DNA of 64,000 nt, taken from NCBI GenBank assembly GCA_044868145.1, contig JBIOWE010000004.1:333860-397859 (forward strand), written 5' to 3'. The position numbers and the translations under genes are program-made. The notes under the pieces were generated by a model, which was not told the origin of the DNA, searched no databases, and saw nothing but the letters and a program-made list of their open reading frames with translations. The DNA comes from Patescibacteria group bacterium (GTDB taxonomy: Bacteria > Patescibacteriota > Patescibacteriia > UBA10025 > JBIOWE01). Shown here one piece after another: positions 36,005-45,265 of this stretch. Position 1 is the stretch's first letter. Every line of letters begins with the position of its first letter.

Positions 36005-37918
36005 ATGGTTGAATTTTTCCGAAAACGCACGCCATTGCCAACGGAGCCCCTTGGGCAGCTGACGTCCGAAGAGCAGCGTCGGCTCCGGGAGCAAACGATT
36101 GAGGAAAAAAAGGAAACTCTGGAAGCCGAGCAGGTGTACAGACGCGGTGTTGTCACCGTTCGGGATTTGATCGCGCCTTCGGCGATGAAGGTAGAACCAC
36201 GGTACATGGAGCTCAATGGCAGGTTTGTTCGGACGATTTTCGTCGTCGCCTATCCGCGCTACATTAGCGTTGGCTGGTTCGCGCCGATCATCAATTTAAA
36301 CACGCCGCTTGATATTTCAATGTTTTTTTACCCGCTTGGCTCCGAGGTCATTTTGAAGCAGCTAAGAAATAAAGTTGGCGCGTTGCAAGCGCAAATTCTC
36401 TCGGACGCGGAAAAAGGCGCGCCGCGCGATCCTATACGCGAAACTGCGCTTCGCGACATAGAAAAACTTCGCGACGACTTGACGCAAGGAATTGAGAAAT
36501 TTTTTCAATATGCGCTCTATGTAACGTTGTACGCGGATTCAAAGGAGCAGCTTGAACAAATTTCGGAAAAAGTGGAAACGCTGTTCGGAACCCGACTCAT
36601 TTATACCAAACGCGTTCTCTATCAAGCAGAGCAAGGTTTTAATTCAACCCTGCCCCTTGGAACGGACCAGCTCATGATTGCGTTTAACATGAATACGTCG
36701 CCATGCGCGTCGTCGTTTCCTTTTATTTCTTCCGAGCTTACGTCTGACAATGGTATTTTGTACGGTATTAACCGTCATAATAACAGTTTGATACTTTTCG
36801 ACCGGTTTTCGCTGCAAAACGCAAATTCCGTGGTGTTTGCGACGTCAGGCGCCGGCAAGAGTTACGCAATCAAACTCGAAGTGCTCCGCAGTATGATGCT
36901 CGGAACGGACGTTATTATTATTGACCCGGAACGCGAGTACAAATATTTATCCGATGCAGTAGGAGGGACGTACATAAACATCTCACTGAACTCGGAAAGT
37001 AAGATTAACCCCTTTGACTTGCCGAAAAATCCAGGCGACGAAAAGCCGGCAGACATCATTCGTTCGGCGGTCATTGCGCTCAAGGGTCTTGTTCGTTTGA
37101 TGCTCGGGGAGCTTTCCCACGAAGAGGACGCGATTGTTGATCGTGCGCTCATCGAGACCTATGCCAAAAAAGACATTACACCGGACGCGGACCTTTCCAA
37201 AGTCGAATCGCCTCTTATGAGCGACTTTCAGGAAGTGCTTTCCGGCATGGCTGGAGCGGACAATCTCGTTACGCGGCTGCGAAAGTTCACCGAAGGCACG
37301 TTTTCCGGGTTGTTCAATAGTCCGACAAACGTGGAGATTAATAATCAACTGGTTGTTTTCACTGTACGGGACTTGGAAGATGAGCTGCGACCTATCGGGA
37401 TCCAAATCATTATTGCGCATATTTGGAACGTCGTCCGCTCGCAACTGAAAAAACGCATTCTTGTTATTGACGAAGGATGGTGGCTGATGCAGCATGAAGA
37501 TTCGGCCAAGTTTATTTTCGCGCTCGTGAAGCGATGCCGAAAATATTACCTCGGCATTACGACGATTACGCAAGACGTCACTGACTTTTTACGGTCGCCG
37601 TATGGCCAAGCCATAGTGACCAACTCCTCCATTCAGTTGCTTATGAAACAGTCGCCCGCGGCCATTGATATCGTCGCGAAGACTTTTTTACTCACGGAGG
37701 GCGAACGGTACCTGCTCCTCGAGAGTAACGTTGGCGAGGGAATTTTCTTTGCGGGCGCCAAGCACGCCGCCATTAAGGTGGTTGCCTCCTACACCGAAGA
37801 TCAGGTGATTACGTCTGACCCGCGCCAGCTCTTAGAAATCGAGCAAGCAAAAAAGGAGTTTGAGCAACAGTTTGCAGAGCAAGGCGCTGAACGCCAGCCC
37901 CAGGCTGCCGCAACATAA
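36005..37918 (+). CDS. virB4: VirB4/TraE-like T4SS ATPase
   Basis: Walker A ATSGAGKS, IIDPEREY, INPFD, Walker B LVIDEGW, R.RKY....T.ITQ. Confidence 0.9.
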   Translation: MVEFFRKRTPLPTEPLGQLTSEEQRRLREQTIEEKKETLEAEQVYRRGVVTVRDLIAPSAMKVEPRYMELNGRFVRTIFVVAYPRYISVGWFAPIINLNTPLDISMFFYPLGSEVILKQLRNKVGALQAQILSDAEKGAPRDPIRETALRDIEKLRDDLTQGIEKFFQYALYVTLYADSKEQLEQISEKVETLFGTRLIYTKRVLYQAEQGFNSTLPLGTDQLMIAFNMNTSPCASSFPFISSELTSDNGILYGINRHNNSLILFDRFSLQNANSVVFATSGAGKSYAIKLEVLRSMMLGTDVIIIDPEREYKYLSDAVGGTYINISLNSESKINPFDLPKNPGDEKPADIIRSAVIALKGLVRLMLGELSHEEDAIVDRALIETYAKKDITPDADLSKVESPLMSDFQEVLSGMAGADNLVTRLRKFTEGTFSGLFNSPTNVEINNQLVVFTVRDLEDELRPIGIQIIIAHIWNVVRSQLKKRILVIDEGWWLMQHEDSAKFIFALVKRCRKYYLGITTITQDVTDFLRSPYGQAIVTNSSIQLLMKQSPAAIDIVAKTFLLTEGERYLLLESNVGEGIFFAGAKHAAIKVVASYTEDQVITSDPRQLLEIEQAKKEFEQQFAEQGAERQPQAAAT

Positions 37919-37924
37919 ACATCT

Positions 37925-38509
37925 ATGAACAGAAAATATCTTCTTTTTCTCGGCATCTTCGTCGGTTTGCTCCTTATTGCCGCGGCCGTTTTATTTTTTT
38001 TGAATCGGCAGCCAGCGGCAAACCAGAATACCGGCAATCAGAATACAAATACCCAGATCGTGGTGAATACTAATGTCACCAATACCGCAACGAACGTGCA
38101 AGCCGTTAATGAGCAGGAGAAGACGAAGCTCGAATTAAGCCGGATCGCTCTTTCATTCGCTGAACGGTTTGGGACATATTCGAATCAGTCGGATTTTGAA
38201 AATGTCGAAAGCCTGAAAGTGTTCATGACCGGCAGCATGCAAACGTGGGCCGACGGATTTGTGGCCAGCGCGCGCCAGCAGAACGCCGACTCCTCAATTT
38301 ATTACGGTGTCACCACAAAAGTCATTACGTCAAAGAATGTCCGTTTTGACGAAACGCACGCGGATTTTGTCTTTACGACCCAGCGAATAGAATCAACCGG
38401 CACGACGGATAACAATCGAGTTTTTTTCCAGGATATTTCCATCAAGTTCGTGAAAGAAGGATCGCAATGGAAAGTAAACGAGGCAACGTGGCTTGATATT
38501 AAAGCTTAG
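37925..38509 (+). CDS. Bitopic protein with NTF2-like domain (VirB8/TcpC-like)
   Basis: TM helix, N/T-rich linker, A..FAERFGTYS, C-terminal F.KE...WKV. Confidence 0.65.
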   Translation: MNRKYLLFLGIFVGLLLIAAAVLFFLNRQPAANQNTGNQNTNTQIVVNTNVTNTATNVQAVNEQEKTKLELSRIALSFAERFGTYSNQSDFENVESLKVFMTGSMQTWADGFVASARQQNADSSIYYGVTTKVITSKNVRFDETHADFVFTTQRIESTGTTDNNRVFFQDISIKFVKEGSQWKVNEATWLDIKA

Positions 38510-38510
38510 T

Positions 38511-39095
38511 ATGGCGAACGACATCGATAGCCTGCAGTCCGGACGAAGCCCGGGTTCGCGCGAGGAGCAGAAAACGATCGCGCAACAGCTTGAAAAAGAA
38601 ACGGCGCGCAAGATGTACCTGAACCGCCGCGCAACAGAGCAAACAACGCTTCGCGAGCTGCCGTCGAGTCGAACAACAAAACCAGAACAAGAAGAAGCGC
38701 GGTCCGAGGAAGAAGAATCTAGCCAGTCGTTCGTTGAGAATGAAGACCAGTCGAATGTGTCGCAGGGCCAGGAACGATCCGTGGCCAGTTCTTTTCAGCA
38801 AAAACTACAGATGGCCCGACAGGTCGCGAGCAAGGAGGTAAAAACAGAGATGTCAGTTGCTGCCGAAGCTACCGCAAAGGCTGCATCACGAGCCGCTGTT
38901 ATGGCTGTGCGAGGCGCGGCGCTTGCCGTGATCAACGCAGTCGGCGCGGTTATAGGATTTATTGCGGGGTTTGGCTGGCCGGTGTTACTTGGAATTTTAA
39001 TAGTTATTGTGCTTGGCTTTCTCATAAGTGATCCAGTATCTGCTTCCAAACTTGGCGTGTGCTTCATTGTTGAAGCCCTGGGCTTTAGTTGCTGA
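38511..39095 (+). CDS. Hypothetical membrane protein (T4SS cluster)
   Basis: Charged N-terminus, Ala-rich helix, C-terminal TM segments. Confidence 0.7.
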   Translation: MANDIDSLQSGRSPGSREEQKTIAQQLEKETARKMYLNRRATEQTTLRELPSSRTTKPEQEEARSEEEESSQSFVENEDQSNVSQGQERSVASSFQQKLQMARQVASKEVKTEMSVAAEATAKAASRAAVMAVRGAALAVINAVGAVIGFIAGFGWPVLLGILIVIVLGFLISDPVSASKLGVCFIVEALGFSC

Positions 39096-39100
39096 TAGAT

Positions 39101-40075
39101 ATGAATCATCGAACCAGAATTTTCCTCTTTTTTCTTGCAATCTTTGTTCTTTCTCTTTTTGTATTGCCGCACGCAGCCTCCGCCCAACTCCAGACGCTCA
39201 CGGACGTCTGCAAAGTGACAAATGAAAAGGACGCGATCCACCTGAATGTCGGGTTTTCGGTACCGGGCGTCATTTTCGAACTGCCCGCGGGCAGCGGCGA
39301 ATTTTACGTGAAGAATTTCGGATGCTATATCGGCGGGTTTTATCGTTACTTTGCCGGCGTGGCTGGCATTCTCGCGGCCGTGCTTATCATGTGGGGTGGG
39401 TATAAATACGTTACATCGTTCGGCAACCCTAGTAGACTCTCCGATGCGAAAGACACGATTCAACAGGCGTTGATTGGGCTCGCGTTCGTGCTCGGCACAT
39501 ACATTATTCTCTACACTATTAATCCGAACCTTGTCATTCTGCAAACGCCACAGTTGCCTATCATTCCTTCCGTTGAGCTCACCAAATCTTACGACTGGGA
39601 AAATGTACGATTCTGTCGAGAAAAAGCACAGTTTACAACTGCCAGCTGCGGAGGAATCTTCAATGCGGGTAAGACTGATGAGTGCCGAATGGTCAGCAAC
39701 GGTTGCAAGAATTCGAACGGCATTTGCGTGGCGGCCAAGAACAGTTACGCTGGATTAACGCGACCAGCCGATCTAAAACAAGGTGATATTTTCATCAATT
39801 GTCAGGAGTCAATATTGTTGTCCTACACAAAACCCGGGGAGTCCGAGGAGAAAGAGAGAACCTTGGTTGGAGATCCGAACGTGGACTGTGGCTACATCAA
39901 AGATGATATCGGCGGTCTACATTTAACCGGAAATCGAGGCGTTGGCATGAAATGCCCAGCGGATAAATATGGATGTGTGATTATTAATGACGCCGGGTTC
40001 GTGATTTACGGAGCGGGAGACTTACAACCTGGCAATGGAATTATTGGAGCATTTCTCAATGCAACATGCTATTAG
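39101..40075 (+). CDS. VirB2/TrbC-like pilin domain fused to a Cys-rich C-terminal domain
   Basis: Signal peptide, then AGILA.V.IMWGGYKY.TS.GN......AKDTI.QALIGL.....Y.IL.TINPNL. Confidence 0.8.
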   Translation: MNHRTRIFLFFLAIFVLSLFVLPHAASAQLQTLTDVCKVTNEKDAIHLNVGFSVPGVIFELPAGSGEFYVKNFGCYIGGFYRYFAGVAGILAAVLIMWGGYKYVTSFGNPSRLSDAKDTIQQALIGLAFVLGTYIILYTINPNLVILQTPQLPIIPSVELTKSYDWENVRFCREKAQFTTASCGGIFNAGKTDECRMVSNGCKNSNGICVAAKNSYAGLTRPADLKQGDIFINCQESILLSYTKPGESEEKERTLVGDPNVDCGYIKDDIGGLHLTGNRGVGMKCPADKYGCVIINDAGFVIYGAGDLQPGNGIIGAFLNATCY

Positions 40076-40089
40076 AATAATAACGTACT

Positions 40090-41346
40090 ATGCGTAGAAT
40101 TTTTGTCATCGCTGGCTTCGCACTCCTTGTGGTAGGCATTGGTATTGCCATTTATTTTGTATTTTTCCGCGGCGCTGGTGGACCCACGAATAACGCGAAC
40201 GTCGGAAACGCGAACACGAACATTGGCGGTTTTCCTGTCACCAACGGCAACGTGAACGGCTCCATTGTAAACTTTACGGTTAACGGAAACGTCAACGTGG
40301 GAGGTCCAATTACGAATGCAGTCTTGCCGGAAATAGATACCATCGCTCGGGGAGGAAAAACGCTCACGAACGATCTTTCCCAACAAAGCATCATGGCTCC
40401 GTCGATCGGGCCAGACGGCAAAAGCGTCGTGTTTTACGATCCGATCACCGGACTGTTTTATGAGCTGTCGCCTGACGGAAAAACGAAACGACAGCTTTCC
40501 GACCAACGTTTTCCGAACGCCGAGAAAATATCCTGGGCGCCAGACGGCACCCGCGCCATTGTTACGTTTCCGGACGGAAGCAAAGTGCTGTACGATTTTT
40601 CGACCAAGCAACAAGTAACGCTCCCGCGCGAATGGGACAACATTGTGTTTTCCGGCGATGGAACAAAAATAGGGTTTAAAGACTTGCAGGAAAACGTGGA
40701 TAACCGGTGGCTCTCAATTGCGAATCCGGATGGGTCAAGCGTGCAATCGATTGAGCCAATTGGCGACAAAGGGGACGACGTTCAGGTTGCCTGGTCGCCG
40801 ACGAGCCAGGTGATAGCTTTATTCCGCGAGGGCAGTTCGGGTTCAACCCAGGAAGTGTTTCCCATTGGGCAGCACGGTGAGAACTTTAAATCCTTTGCCG
40901 TGGATGGCCGGGGCTTTGAAGGCGCATGGTCTCCGAAGGGCGACCGCTTGCTCTATAATGTGTTTAACGCGGGTTCGGACTACAAACCGACCCTTTGGAT
41001 CGTGGACGCATCGGGCGATAACATCGGGAACAACAACCGCGCTCTGGGCGTGCAAACCTGGGCGAATAAGTGCGTTTTCTCGAGCGATAACGTCACGATA
41101 TTTTGTGCGGTGCCGAGCGATTTACCAGAGGGAGCTGCGTTGTATCCGGACATCGCTCAAAACGTGCCGGATACGTTTTATCGCATCAATACACAAACGG
41201 GTTTGAGGACGGTTCTCGCGCAACCCGTCAATGCTCAAGGCGGCGGTTCGTATACGGTTCGATCGCCTTTTCTATCCGAAGGTGAACAGAATTTGTACTT
41301 CACGGATTCGTTGAGCGGGCGCCTCTATACAATTCAATTAAAATAA
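40090..41346 (+). CDS. Membrane-anchored TolB/PD40-like beta-propeller protein
   Basis: TM helix, Asn-rich stalk, repeats W.PDG / FSGDG / WSP.G. Confidence 0.78.
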   Translation: MRRIFVIAGFALLVVGIGIAIYFVFFRGAGGPTNNANVGNANTNIGGFPVTNGNVNGSIVNFTVNGNVNVGGPITNAVLPEIDTIARGGKTLTNDLSQQSIMAPSIGPDGKSVVFYDPITGLFYELSPDGKTKRQLSDQRFPNAEKISWAPDGTRAIVTFPDGSKVLYDFSTKQQVTLPREWDNIVFSGDGTKIGFKDLQENVDNRWLSIANPDGSSVQSIEPIGDKGDDVQVAWSPTSQVIALFREGSSGSTQEVFPIGQHGENFKSFAVDGRGFEGAWSPKGDRLLYNVFNAGSDYKPTLWIVDASGDNIGNNNRALGVQTWANKCVFSSDNVTIFCAVPSDLPEGAALYPDIAQNVPDTFYRINTQTGLRTVLAQPVNAQGGGSYTVRSPFLSEGEQNLYFTDSLSGRLYTIQLK

Positions 41347-42356
41347 TGGTCATAAGATTTTCTTTTCGCAAGGCCGTTCTTATTGGGCTTGCATTGGTTT
41401 TTGCATTCGTTATGTTCAACGTCCTTGCGTTAGCCGCGCACGCTCAACAGGATACGTCAAAGGGCGCAACTTTTCGTCCGAACATCACTATTCCCGGCTC
41501 CAAGTTTATCGCAGGCCAAGAAGTCGTAATTAACGGTGATACCATCGGCGAATGGATCGCCGCGTTTTACGTATTTTTTGTCGGCATCGCCGGCATACTT
41601 GCCACAGTCATGATTATGTGGGGCGGCTACAAGTATATTACCTCATTCGGCAATGCAACGCGCACGCAGGGCGCAAAAGATACGATCACCCAGGCGCTCA
41701 TCGGTTTAGCAATGACGCTCGGCGCTTACATTATCCTCCTCACCATCAATCCGAACCTCGTGCAGTTTAAAAGCTTGACGTTGGCGCCGATTCCCTCTCA
41801 CGAACTTGGCGAGCGCGGGGAAGCAAGTCTCAAAGGCGCGGCGCACTGGGACGGCAATAACGTGGCGACCTACGACAATCTCTTGAGAGCTGCGGCGGAT
41901 AGCTACGGACTTGACCGCGATTGGATGAAAGCAATTATGCTTGTTGAGTCAGGCGGGAATCCGAACGCGGTGTCGCCCGCGCAGGCATGCGGGCTTATGC
42001 AGCTTCTGCCTTCCACGGCGAACTTGACGTGTGAGCAACTAAAGAATCCCGCAGCAAACATTGACGCGGCAGGGAAGTATTTGCGAAGCCTGACGAACCT
42101 GACGTGCCCGCAAAATGCAACGTTGAGAGACAATACGGCTGTTTCCTGTGATCCGAGAAAAACGAAATGTCGAAACGGCGATATTCATTACATCGTGGCC
42201 GCGTACAACGGTGGCGTTGGGGCGAACTGTTCAAGCGTTTCTTGCCCGGGCAGTACCTGGTGGGAATGCCCGGTGAACACAGGATTTGACGAAACGAGAA
42301 GTTACGTTCAACTGGTCCAAACCGCATACGACAAAATAAAGCTGAATGGGTGGTAG
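41346..42356 (+). CDS. VirB2-like pilin domain fused to a lytic transglycosylase (SLT)
   Basis: Same pilin motif as 39101, then SLT motifs VESGGNP.A.S, GLMQL, AAYNGG, ETR.YV. Confidence 0.88.
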   Translation: MVIRFSFRKAVLIGLALVFAFVMFNVLALAAHAQQDTSKGATFRPNITIPGSKFIAGQEVVINGDTIGEWIAAFYVFFVGIAGILATVMIMWGGYKYITSFGNATRTQGAKDTITQALIGLAMTLGAYIILLTINPNLVQFKSLTLAPIPSHELGERGEASLKGAAHWDGNNVATYDNLLRAAADSYGLDRDWMKAIMLVESGGNPNAVSPAQACGLMQLLPSTANLTCEQLKNPAANIDAAGKYLRSLTNLTCPQNATLRDNTAVSCDPRKTKCRNGDIHYIVAAYNGGVGANCSSVSCPGSTWWECPVNTGFDETRSYVQLVQTAYDKIKLNGW

Positions 42357-42370
42357 GACGTACGACCGCA

Positions 42371-42435
42371 TATAGCTTATGGCGTATAGTATATAGAAGT
42401 TTGCAAGAAGGTTTTTCTATAAGCCATACGCTATA
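42371..42435. repeat. Inverted 7-mer repeat arms with no enclosed gene
   Basis: TATAGCT TATGGCG TATAGTA TATAGAA ... TTCTATA AGCCATA CGCTATA. Confidence 0.7.
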
Positions 42436-42455
42436 GGCAAAGATGGTGTGGGGAT

Positions 42456-42490
42456 AAAAAACTCCCATTCGTTATTTTGAATGGGAGTTG
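42456..42490. terminator. Intrinsic terminator between convergent units
   Basis: A-run, then ACTCCCATTC-GTTATTTT-GAATGGGAGT. Confidence 0.75.
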
Positions 42491-42512
42491 AATGATGTTG
42501 CCCATTGCGGGC

Positions 42513-42761
42513 TTACTTACCTCCTTTCAAGTAAGCATCGAGGCCATGTTTAACAGCCTCTGATGTCAGTTTTACAGTTTGATGGAGTGTTTCAACTCGC
42601 TGCTTCCAGCCGGGGAGACCGCCGCGAACCGCTATAGGATCATTTTGATCGGTATAAAATTCCTGTGTCTCGGGATTGTAATAGAGTTTACTCGATCCCG
42701 CCGTGGCAGCGAGAAATATTTCGTTGTCTCTTTGCTTTTGCTTCTTCGTTTTGACTATCAT
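42513..42761 (-). CDS. Small hypothetical protein
   Basis: 82 aa, GAGGTG RBS, downstream terminator. Confidence 0.6.
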   Translation of the reverse strand: MIVKTKKQKQRDNEIFLAATAGSSKLYYNPETQEFYTDQNDPIAVRGGLPGWKQRVETLHQTVKLTSEAVKHGLDAYLKGGK

Positions 42762-43049
42762 TGTTCACCACCTCATTTAAGGGCTTTTGGTTGTTGTCAA
42801 TTAAACTTTTTGAAGCAAAGCGTTGTTCTATGGTCCTCTGGTACGATATATTCTACTCCATGTCATAGGCGCCCAACCCTCCTTTCGTTGTAGTCGTAAA
42901 GAACGTTATACAAGTTTTTTCAAAAAGAGTGAGCAGGGTTCCTTCCCGAGGTGGTAAGCCCAGGTCAAAACCGCCGCTTCACTCTTTTCTGATTGTCAAT
43001 GTGTAATACAGTATTATCTTCACCAATGAGCCAGTTTGTCAAGCCCTTT

Positions 43050-45113
43050 TTATTCCATGTGAATTTTTTTGCTGAAGTAAGCCATTTTTTTCTTGAGCAG
43101 CGGATAAAGCGTGAGCTCCGGATCTCTCTGCATAACCCAGTCGCTGGCTTCGCGCGCCTTCTGGATAATCGCGACATCTGTTAATTTTGCCATTTTGAGG
43201 TCGGGAAATCCTGCTTGACGTAGTCCGTACACCTCGCCAGGTCCTCGGAACTCGAGATCTTTTTCCGCGAGCTGGAACCCGTTTTCTGATTCTACGAGTG
43301 CCCGTAACCTTTGCTGCGTTAGGTCGTTCGCAGTTTCGGTAAACAAAAAACATGTGGACTGGTGTTCGCTCCTGCCGATGCGCCCGCGAAATTGGTGTAG
43401 CTGCGCCAGCCCGAATCGTTCCGCGCTTTCGATAATCATGGCGGTCGCGTTTGGAACGTCAATGCCAACCTCAACGACCGGCGTTGCCACCAGGATTTTT
43501 ATGTCGCCTTCTGCGAATGCGCGCATAACATGTTCTTTTGCCTGAATGCGTAATTTTCCGTGCAAGAGACCAAGTGCGATATCCGGGAACACGTTTTTTT
43601 TAAGGCGTTCAAATTCAGCGGTTGCGGCTTTTACACCAAGAACGTCCGAAGGATCAATGAGCGGGCAGATGACAAATGCTTGGTGACCTTTCTTGATTTC
43701 TTCGCGAACGAATGCATACGTCGCCTGCCTGTCTTGGGGCGGCACAATTTCTGTGATGATTTTTTTTCTCCCAGGCGGCATTTCGTCAATGATCGAAAGG
43801 TCCAAGTCGCCGTAGAGCGTCAGCGCAAGTGTGCGCGGAATTGGGGTTGCGGTCATGGACAAAAGATGGGGAAGAAGTCCTTTGGAGCGCTGTTTTAATT
43901 TCTTTCGTTGCTCAACGCCGAAGCGGTGCTGCTCGTCTATAATGACGAGACCGAGCCGTTTGAACTCAACTTTTTGTTGGATCAACGCGTGGGTTCCAAC
44001 CACGCAAGAGAGTTTCCCGCTTGCGATTGCCTTGAGTATCACAGATTGTGTAACATGTTGCTCTCTCATTTTTTTTGATGAACGAGTGAGCAGACCGATT
44101 TCAATGCTCATCGGCGCGAGCAGCTCGCGTACTTTTTTACTGTGCTGCTCGGCGAGAATTTCTGTTGGCGCCATGAGTGCCGATTGAAAGCCGGCACGGA
44201 CCGCGCTCACCATCGCCATCGCCGCAACAACCGTTTTGCCCGACCCAACGTCGCCCTCCAGCAGCCGATTCATCGGCGTACGTTTTTCCATGTCGCGGAG
44301 GATTTCCCACGCGGCCTTTTTCTGCGCCTGCGTGAGTGTGAATGGGAGCGAGCCAACGAATTTCCGTATGTAGTCTTGCTGGTACGGGATCGCCGGCGCC
44401 TGCTCTTGCATCAGGCTGCGCCGTGAAATCCTCGCTTTCAGGAGGAGCGTAAAGAGCTCGTTAAATTTGAGCCGTTCTTGCGCCTTTTGGAGCAGCGCGG
44501 GGTTTTCGGGAAAATGGATTTGTTGAACCGCCGTGCGCAACTCCATGAGTTTATGCGTTTGAACAATATCGGGCGGAAGCCAATCGACAATTTGGCGAAT
44601 GAGCGGAAATACCAACTTAATAAAGTAACGCAGTTGTTTGTTTGTCAGCTCTTCCGTAAGCGAATACACAGGCACGATGCGCGCAGTATGAATTTGTTCC
44701 TTCCGTTCCTTTTCATAGGTAGGACTCACCATCTGGAATCCGTATTCGCTGGATTCCACTTTTCCTGAAAGATAGACGGCGTCGCCCACGTTTAACACTT
44801 TCGTGAGGAACGGTTGATTAAACCATATAATTTTCAGTGACCCCGACGCATCGGAAACAAGCGCTTCCGTCAGCATTTTTCGGCGATAAGGTGATCGACG
44901 ATTCTCGATGAGATTGACCTTAACTTTAATCGTAGCCCGTTGGCCGGGCGCGAGCGCGTTAATCGTATCCACGTGAGAAAGATCCTCGTACCGCATCGGA
45001 TAGTAACCCAACAGTTCCGCGACCGATTCTATGCCAAGGTTGCGCAGACGCCTGGCAATGGTTTTCCCAACTCGCGGCAATTGCTCGACAGGTGATTGAA
45101 GTGTTAGCACCAT
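43050..45113 (-). CDS. recG: ATP-dependent DNA helicase RecG
   Basis: GDVGSGKT, DEQHRFG, TATPIPR, QLHQFRGRIGR, D...RGPGE..G.RQ.G. Confidence 0.97.
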   Translation of the reverse strand: MVLTLQSPVEQLPRVGKTIARRLRNLGIESVAELLGYYPMRYEDLSHVDTINALAPGQRATIKVKVNLIENRRSPYRRKMLTEALVSDASGSLKIIWFNQPFLTKVLNVGDAVYLSGKVESSEYGFQMVSPTYEKERKEQIHTARIVPVYSLTEELTNKQLRYFIKLVFPLIRQIVDWLPPDIVQTHKLMELRTAVQQIHFPENPALLQKAQERLKFNELFTLLLKARISRRSLMQEQAPAIPYQQDYIRKFVGSLPFTLTQAQKKAAWEILRDMEKRTPMNRLLEGDVGSGKTVVAAMAMVSAVRAGFQSALMAPTEILAEQHSKKVRELLAPMSIEIGLLTRSSKKMREQHVTQSVILKAIASGKLSCVVGTHALIQQKVEFKRLGLVIIDEQHRFGVEQRKKLKQRSKGLLPHLLSMTATPIPRTLALTLYGDLDLSIIDEMPPGRKKIITEIVPPQDRQATYAFVREEIKKGHQAFVICPLIDPSDVLGVKAATAEFERLKKNVFPDIALGLLHGKLRIQAKEHVMRAFAEGDIKILVATPVVEVGIDVPNATAMIIESAERFGLAQLHQFRGRIGRSEHQSTCFLFTETANDLTQQRLRALVESENGFQLAEKDLEFRGPGEVYGLRQAGFPDLKMAKLTDVAIIQKAREASDWVMQRDPELTLYPLLKKKMAYFSKKIHME

Positions 45114-45265
45114 ATGTTCATTGTACAGATTTCCCGTACGAAAAAATAGAGGTATTACCTCTACTCATTCGTCAGTGCTGTAATTATACATTTCGCGCGA
45201 ACCTACTTTTCCACCCGAGGCGGACCAGCCATTTGGTTGAGAACGGAACTACGGATTTTTTGCCG

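Noticed and set aside
20459-42356. Integrative conjugative element
   Set aside because: No integrase, relaxase, coupling protein or att repeats are visible, and the cluster sits among housekeeping genes.
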